A stretch of DNA of 64,000 nt from a virus: the IMG/VR virus record IMGVR_UViG_3300045988_105383; one strand, written 5' to 3'. Shown here one piece after another: positions 60,363-64,000 of this stretch. How positions within the stretch are numbered: the stretch's first letter is position 1; each line of letters opens with the position of its first letter. The notes below the pieces were generated by a model, which saw only the letters and a program-made list of their open reading frames with translations, was not told the origin of the DNA and did not search any database. Both the position numbers and the translations under genes were made by a program.

Positions 60363-60652
60363 ACAACAATGACATCGAAATGAAGTCCTTTGCTGATTCC
60401 CTGTGGGAATATTTCCGCCCGAAAGTGGAAAATCTCATCGGCTCCAATGTTTGGTTTTTCCGCGCTCAGGTCACGAAAACAGCCTCCAACGGTAAAATCA
60501 CCGTCAGGCGGCCTTTCGACGAAGAAATCGCCCTTCCATACGTTTCCAGCATGGCCTCGGCCTCTGTCGGCTCTCAGGTCACAGTCTTTGTTCTCGGTTC
60601 CAGCCTGACCAACGCCGTCATCATCGGCAACGGCACACTTTCCAATCTGTGA
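60359..60652 (+). CDS. Small hypothetical protein
   Basis: 97 aa, ATGA overlap with the upstream gene. Confidence 0.5.
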   Translation: MNNNDIEMKSFADSLWEYFRPKVENLIGSNVWFFRAQVTKTASNGKITVRRPFDEEIALPYVSSMASASVGSQVTVFVLGSSLTNAVIIGNGTLSNL

Positions 60653-60661
60653 GGAATCTCT

Positions 60662-61276
60662 ATGAAAGCAGTTTTAATCAGCATTCGCCCGGAGTGGTGC
60701 GAGAAGATCGTGTTAGGTGAAAAGACCATCGAGGTTCGAAAGACGCGCCCGAAACTGGAAACGCCGTTCAAGGTGTACATCTACTGCACCAGCGGTAGAC
60801 CTGACCTGAACATTCCTATTTCGTCGGAACGCCTGATGCAGGACTACTTAGATACAGGTTCCATGCAGTCACTGAACTGCCCGCTTGGGAATGGCAAGGT
60901 CATTGGAGAGTTTACCTGTGACCGAATCGACACGATCCTTCCTGCAAACGAACCATACGGTATTTACGACATCGACGACGATTATGTCTTTCAGACGTGC
61001 CTTGAATATGGCGCGCTTTGGAACTATGGAAACGGCCAAACGCTATACGGCTGGCACATATCCAACTTAAAAATCTACAACGAGCCGAAGGCACTGAACG
61101 AGTTTACGGCTGCTTGCAGGTATAAAAATGATGATGGGACGTGCCCGCCACGCAGGATTGCGTGTTCGTTCCAGAGATATGATTACAACCCAGACGGAAG
61201 CATTAACATCGTGGAATGTGGAAATACAATTCGCCGTCCACCCCAGAGCTGGGGCTATGTGGAAGGAGACGTTTGA
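60662..61276 (+). CDS. ASCH-domain protein
   Basis: MKAVLISIRPEWCEKIVLGEKTIEVRKTRPK... Confidence 0.65.
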   Translation: MKAVLISIRPEWCEKIVLGEKTIEVRKTRPKLETPFKVYIYCTSGRPDLNIPISSERLMQDYLDTGSMQSLNCPLGNGKVIGEFTCDRIDTILPANEPYGIYDIDDDYVFQTCLEYGALWNYGNGQTLYGWHISNLKIYNEPKALNEFTAACRYKNDDGTCPPRRIACSFQRYDYNPDGSINIVECGNTIRRPPQSWGYVEGDV

Positions 61277-61278
61277 CG

Positions 61279-61698
61279 GTGCCTATCTTGAATTACACGA
61301 CGAAGGTTGACGTTTTTACGACGCTCGGCGAGATTCAGGCCATGCTCGTCAAGCATGGCGCGAGGAAAATCATGCAGGACTATGACGATTCCGGACATAT
61401 AACGTCGCTGTCCTTCCTGATCGATACCCCGGACGGCCAGCGCGGAATCCGGCTCCCGGCAAACGTCGACGCTGTGTTGGCCGTGCTGGTGAAGCAGAAA
61501 GTCAAATGCGGCCGCGATCAGGCCGAACGTGTCGCTTGGAGAATCCTCAAAGATTGGGTGGCAGCACAAATGGCGATTCTGGAATCTGAGATGGTACAAA
61601 TGGACGAAGTCTTCCTGCCGTACATGGTAAACGATTCCGGGCAGACGCTTTTCCAGTGCTACCGGAACAAACAGCTTGCGATTGGAGGGACACGATGA
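61279..61698 (+). CDS. Hypothetical protein, paralog of 37138..37563 (GTG start)
   Basis: [37 protein letters not shown]... aligns end to end with the minus-strand copy. Confidence 0.55.
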   Translation: MPILNYTTKVDVFTTLGEIQAMLVKHGARKIMQDYDDSGHITSLSFLIDTPDGQRGIRLPANVDAVLAVLVKQKVKCGRDQAERVAWRILKDWVAAQMAILESEMVQMDEVFLPYMVNDSGQTLFQCYRNKQLAIGGTR

Positions 61699-61795
61699 TT
61701 GCCCGCGTCTTCCCAAGAAAAACGAACGCTTACACTGCGGACGCGGAAAAGCGGTCACGGAGTGTAGCAAGATTGAAAAGAATGGGGTTGCTGAA

Positions 61796-62755
61796 ATGAC
61801 GCATCTGAGTTTGTTTTCGGGTATCGGCGGACTTGATCTTGCTGCGGAATGGGGAGGATTTACAACCGTTGGACAATGCGAATTTGCAGATTACCCAACA
61901 AAAGTGCTGGAAAAGCACTGGCCGGATGTGCCGCGCTGGCGTGACATCCGGACTTTGACGAAGGAGAGTTTTTATGAGCGAACAGGTCGACGGACAGTTG
62001 ACGTTATATCCGGTGGATTTCCCTGCCAGCCCTTTTCCGTGGCAGGAAAGCAAAAAGGTAAAAACGACGACCGTTACCTCTGGCCTGAGATGCTGCGGGT
62101 TATCCGAGAACTGCGCCCGCATTGCGTCGTCGGTGAGAATGTACCTGGAATCCTCAAGATTGCCGCCGGGCAAGTGGTCAAGGATTTGGAGCGTGCAGGC
62201 TATCACGTCGTCGTGTTCAATTTTGAAGCTGCGGCTGTCGGAGCTTGGCACAGGAGGTCAAGGGTGTTCTTCATCGGCCTCGCAGATGTGGCCGACACCG
62301 AAGGCAGGACAATGCGGCATGACTGCGGTGACGAGCGGAAGACCACCAGAAAAGAGCACGCATCTAGGGGCACAGGTACTGATCCGGAGCGGGCTATGGC
62401 CGACGCCGCGTGCGAACGAATACAAAGACACGCTGCAATCTGTGCCGCCAAGCCGGCAGAAAGATCCGGGCAAATGCAACCTGACGCAGGCAATAGCGAT
62501 GGAGCTGATGTTTGCAACGCCGTGTGCGCGGGATTATCGGACGGGGCAGAGGAAGCGGTACGACAATCCAGGCCGCGCAAACAACCTCAACGATCAGATT
62601 GGTGGGCAGCTGAACCCAACGTGGGTAGAGTGGCTCATGGGATTCCCGCCAGGGTGGACAGACTTAAATGCCTCGGAAACGCGGTAGTGCCGCAGCAGGC
62701 ATACCCGATCTTTAAGGCATTGGCGGAAGAATTGCAGAGGGAGGATTTGATATGA
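61796..62755 (+). CDS. dcm: DNA (cytosine-5) methyltransferase (central part frame-ambiguous)
   Basis: [36 protein letters not shown] in this frame; start MTHLSLF inside track ORF 61676..62755. Confidence 0.7.
   Translation: MTHLSLFSGIGGLDLAAEWGGFTTVGQCEFADYPTKVLEKHWPDVPRWRDIRTLTKESFYERTGRRTVDVISGGFPCQPFSVAGKQKGKNDDRYLWPEMLRVIRELRPHCVVGENVPGILKIAAGQVVKDLERAGYHVVVFNFEAAAVGAWHRRSRVFFIGLADVADTEGRTMRHDCGDERKTTRKEHASRGTGTDPERAMADAACERIQRHAAICAAKPAERSGQMQPDAGNSDGADVCNAVCAGLSDGAEEAVRQSRPRKQPQRSDWWAAEPNVGRVAHGIPARVDRLKCLGNAVVPQQAYPIFKALAEELQREDLI
61974..62687 (+). CDS. Alternative-frame ORF over the MTase gene (status unresolved)
   Basis: 714 nt open in the +1 frame; contains [48 protein letters not shown]. 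Confidence 0.3.
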   Translation: MSEQVDGQLTLYPVDFPASPFPWQESKKVKTTTVTSGLRCCGLSENCARIASSVRMYLESSRLPPGKWSRIWSVQAITSSCSILKLRLSELGTGGQGCSSSASQMWPTPKAGQCGMTAVTSGRPPEKSTHLGAQVLIRSGLWPTPRANEYKDTLQSVPPSRQKDPGKCNLTQAIAMELMFATPCARDYRTGQRKRYDNPGRANNLNDQIGGQLNPTWVEWLMGFPPGWTDLNASETR

Positions 62756-63243
62756 ATTTGAAACCGGAAGAACTGGTCAAGGCGCTGCGGCATTGCAGCA
62801 ACGATTATCCGTGCAAAACGTGCCCGGTAGAGTTGCAAAAGGCTGAATCGAACTGCATCGGTGTGCTATTCAAGCATTGCATTGACCAGATCGAGCGCGA
62901 CCAGAAGGAGATTGAAGCGCTGCGAGAGAAGCAGCAGTGGATTCCAGTGGCGGAGCGGCTGCCGGAACCAGAGACAGATGTTTTGGCAGTTTGCAATCGA
63001 AACGGATACATTTTCGTGATACCGGCTATCTACGAGGACGGGAAGATGCTGACGCAGGAGAGTGCGTGGAACTGGAACGACATCTACTGCTATGGACTGT
63101 ACGACGAGGAGACGGATGATTACTACATCCCGGAGGGATGGTGGGAGAACCGGCAGTTCAACCCCGATGATGTATACAACAATCCGGTAGACTGCGCAGT
63201 CACCCACTGGATGCCGCTGCCGGAACCGCCAAAGGAGGACTGA
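62752..63243 (+). CDS. DUF551-like protein
   Basis: ...[18 protein letters not shown]... and C-terminal ...[14 protein letters not shown]. Confidence 0.55.
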   Translation: MNLKPEELVKALRHCSNDYPCKTCPVELQKAESNCIGVLFKHCIDQIERDQKEIEALREKQQWIPVAERLPEPETDVLAVCNRNGYIFVIPAIYEDGKMLTQESAWNWNDIYCYGLYDEETDDYYIPEGWWENRQFNPDDVYNNPVDCAVTHWMPLPEPPKED

Positions 63244-63245
63244 GG

Positions 63246-63593
63246 ATGGAACGTATGACGAGCTGGAACGGCGACTGTGTGCGGATCAACGGGCATAATC
63301 TGGCAAACGTAACATTACCTGACATCGCTCAGATGGCAGATCGCCTTGCGCGCTATGAGGACGCGGACAGTCCGATGATACGCATCCGGCCGGGCGATAC
63401 GGTTTGGCTATCTCACATGTTTTGCACGCGCCCGAAAAAACCGCTCCCGGTCACGGTGGACGCCATACGGATTGACCGGGAGGGCGTGATGTTTATCGCG
63501 GGGCGATGGAGATTTTTGGAGGAAGAAATCGGAAAGACTGTGTTTCTTTCCAAAGAGGAAGCGGAAAAGGCTTTGCATGGGATGGAGGAATGA
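63246..63593 (+). CDS. Hypothetical protein
   Basis: 115-aa ORF. Confidence 0.5.
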   Translation: MERMTSWNGDCVRINGHNLANVTLPDIAQMADRLARYEDADSPMIRIRPGDTVWLSHMFCTRPKKPLPVTVDAIRIDREGVMFIAGRWRFLEEEIGKTVFLSKEEAEKALHGMEE

Positions 63594-63946
63594 TGATGCA
63601 TCGACTGACAACGGATACCCCGAAGGACAATTTTGAAATGGCGCTGAACCTGTTTTACGTCAAGGACAAAGAAGTTTGGGTGCGCGGATACGGGAAGGAC
63701 GGCGCAGACATCAGCCTGTTCGACCTGTCGCGGGATCTGACCAGATGGAACTGCCCGTATGTGGACTTGGATATCTCGGATGATTCCTTCTCGATGATGA
63801 TGGCCGAATGGCTCTGGGAAGATGTTGAATCGTTCGAGCACGTTTTGGCTCTGCTCTATCAGGCAGCGTGGGTATGCGCAGAACTGCGCGAACACTTGAA
63901 ACAGTTTGAGGATAAGGAGGCCGCCGATGGAACGACTGACCTTTGA
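63590..63946 (+). CDS. Hypothetical protein
   Basis: Start MMMHRLTTDTPKD (ATGA overlap) inside track ORF 63506..63946. Confidence 0.5.
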   Translation: MMMHRLTTDTPKDNFEMALNLFYVKDKEVWVRGYGKDGADISLFDLSRDLTRWNCPYVDLDISDDSFSMMMAEWLWEDVESFEHVLALLYQAAWVCAELREHLKQFEDKEAADGTTDL

Positions 63947-64000
63947 GGGAAACTTCTGCGAGATTGCGCGGTGCAAGGAAGTGAAGTGCCCATACGATAC
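63927..64000 (+). CDS. Hypothetical protein, 5' part only (runs off the window)
   Basis: AAGGAGG RBS then ATG 63927; MERLTFEGNFCEIARCKEVKCPYD... Confidence 0.4.
   Translation, partial: MERLTFEGNFCEIARCKEVKCPYD

Larger units (their letters stand above)
30682..64000. mobile_element. Phage-like element 2 (two divergent early/accessory arms; right end runs off the window)
   Basis: Phage replication genes (DnaC-like, DUF1376, SSB, clamp-like), antirepressor, recombinase, MTase, ASCH, DUF551-like; no host housekeeping genes; structural genes not in window. Confidence 0.7.

Overview
By eye this is moderately GC-rich, Firmicutes/Clostridia-style DNA with GGAGG-type RBSs, and I recognise no host housekeeping genes. 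It is almost entirely mobile DNA.

Element 1 (1-30.65 kb) is a temperate siphovirus-like prophage read on the minus strand. It carries tape measure, tail, head, scaffold, portal and terminase genes. These are followed by dUTPase, DUF1064, an SSB-like protein, RecT, DUF1351, a YqaJ exonuclease, a Bro-N antirepressor and a Cro/CI-type switch. It ends with a plus-strand tyrosine integrase and an attP-like junction built around a 27-nt tRNA 3'-end fragment.

Element 2 (30.7-64 kb) is a second phage-like element whose two arms diverge from an operator-rich switch at 41.6-41.9 kb.
- The minus arm holds a sigma-70-like protein, a 1.08-kb ORF-free gap, a short beta-clamp-like protein, a SleB-like hydrolase, SSB, a DUF1376/DnaD-like initiator and a DnaC-like loader.
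- The plus arm holds about 45 mostly small orphan genes. Recognisable ones are a tandem-RHH regulator, DUF3560, a KilAC antirepressor, an orphan Spo0A C-terminal domain, a Xer-like tyrosine recombinase, tRNA-Met, HU, a MazF-like protein, a NifS-like cysteine desulfurase, ASCH, a C5 DNA methyltransferase and a DUF551-like protein.

The most unusual signal is a 24-25 nt bipartite motif, GGGACAAA-N11/12-(C)GGTAG. It occurs 16 times, always on the plus strand and always intergenic, usually 32-49 nt upstream of a start codon. Many copies sit in hairpins whose stems differ in sequence but stay complementary. The motif lies next to a private sigma-like gene and a tyrosine recombinase. I read this as either a dedicated sigma/promoter regulon of insulated gene cassettes or, less likely, a cassette-recombination system.

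Other notable items:
- a 1.5-kb ORF-free, structure-rich region with tRNA-like elements
- a candidate replication origin inside the initiator gene, also retained in a decayed second copy
- an iteron-like CTGAACAG array
- a dual-frame methyltransferase locus
- a stand-alone dockerin in the virion module

All calls come from reading the sequence and ORF translations. No database search was run.
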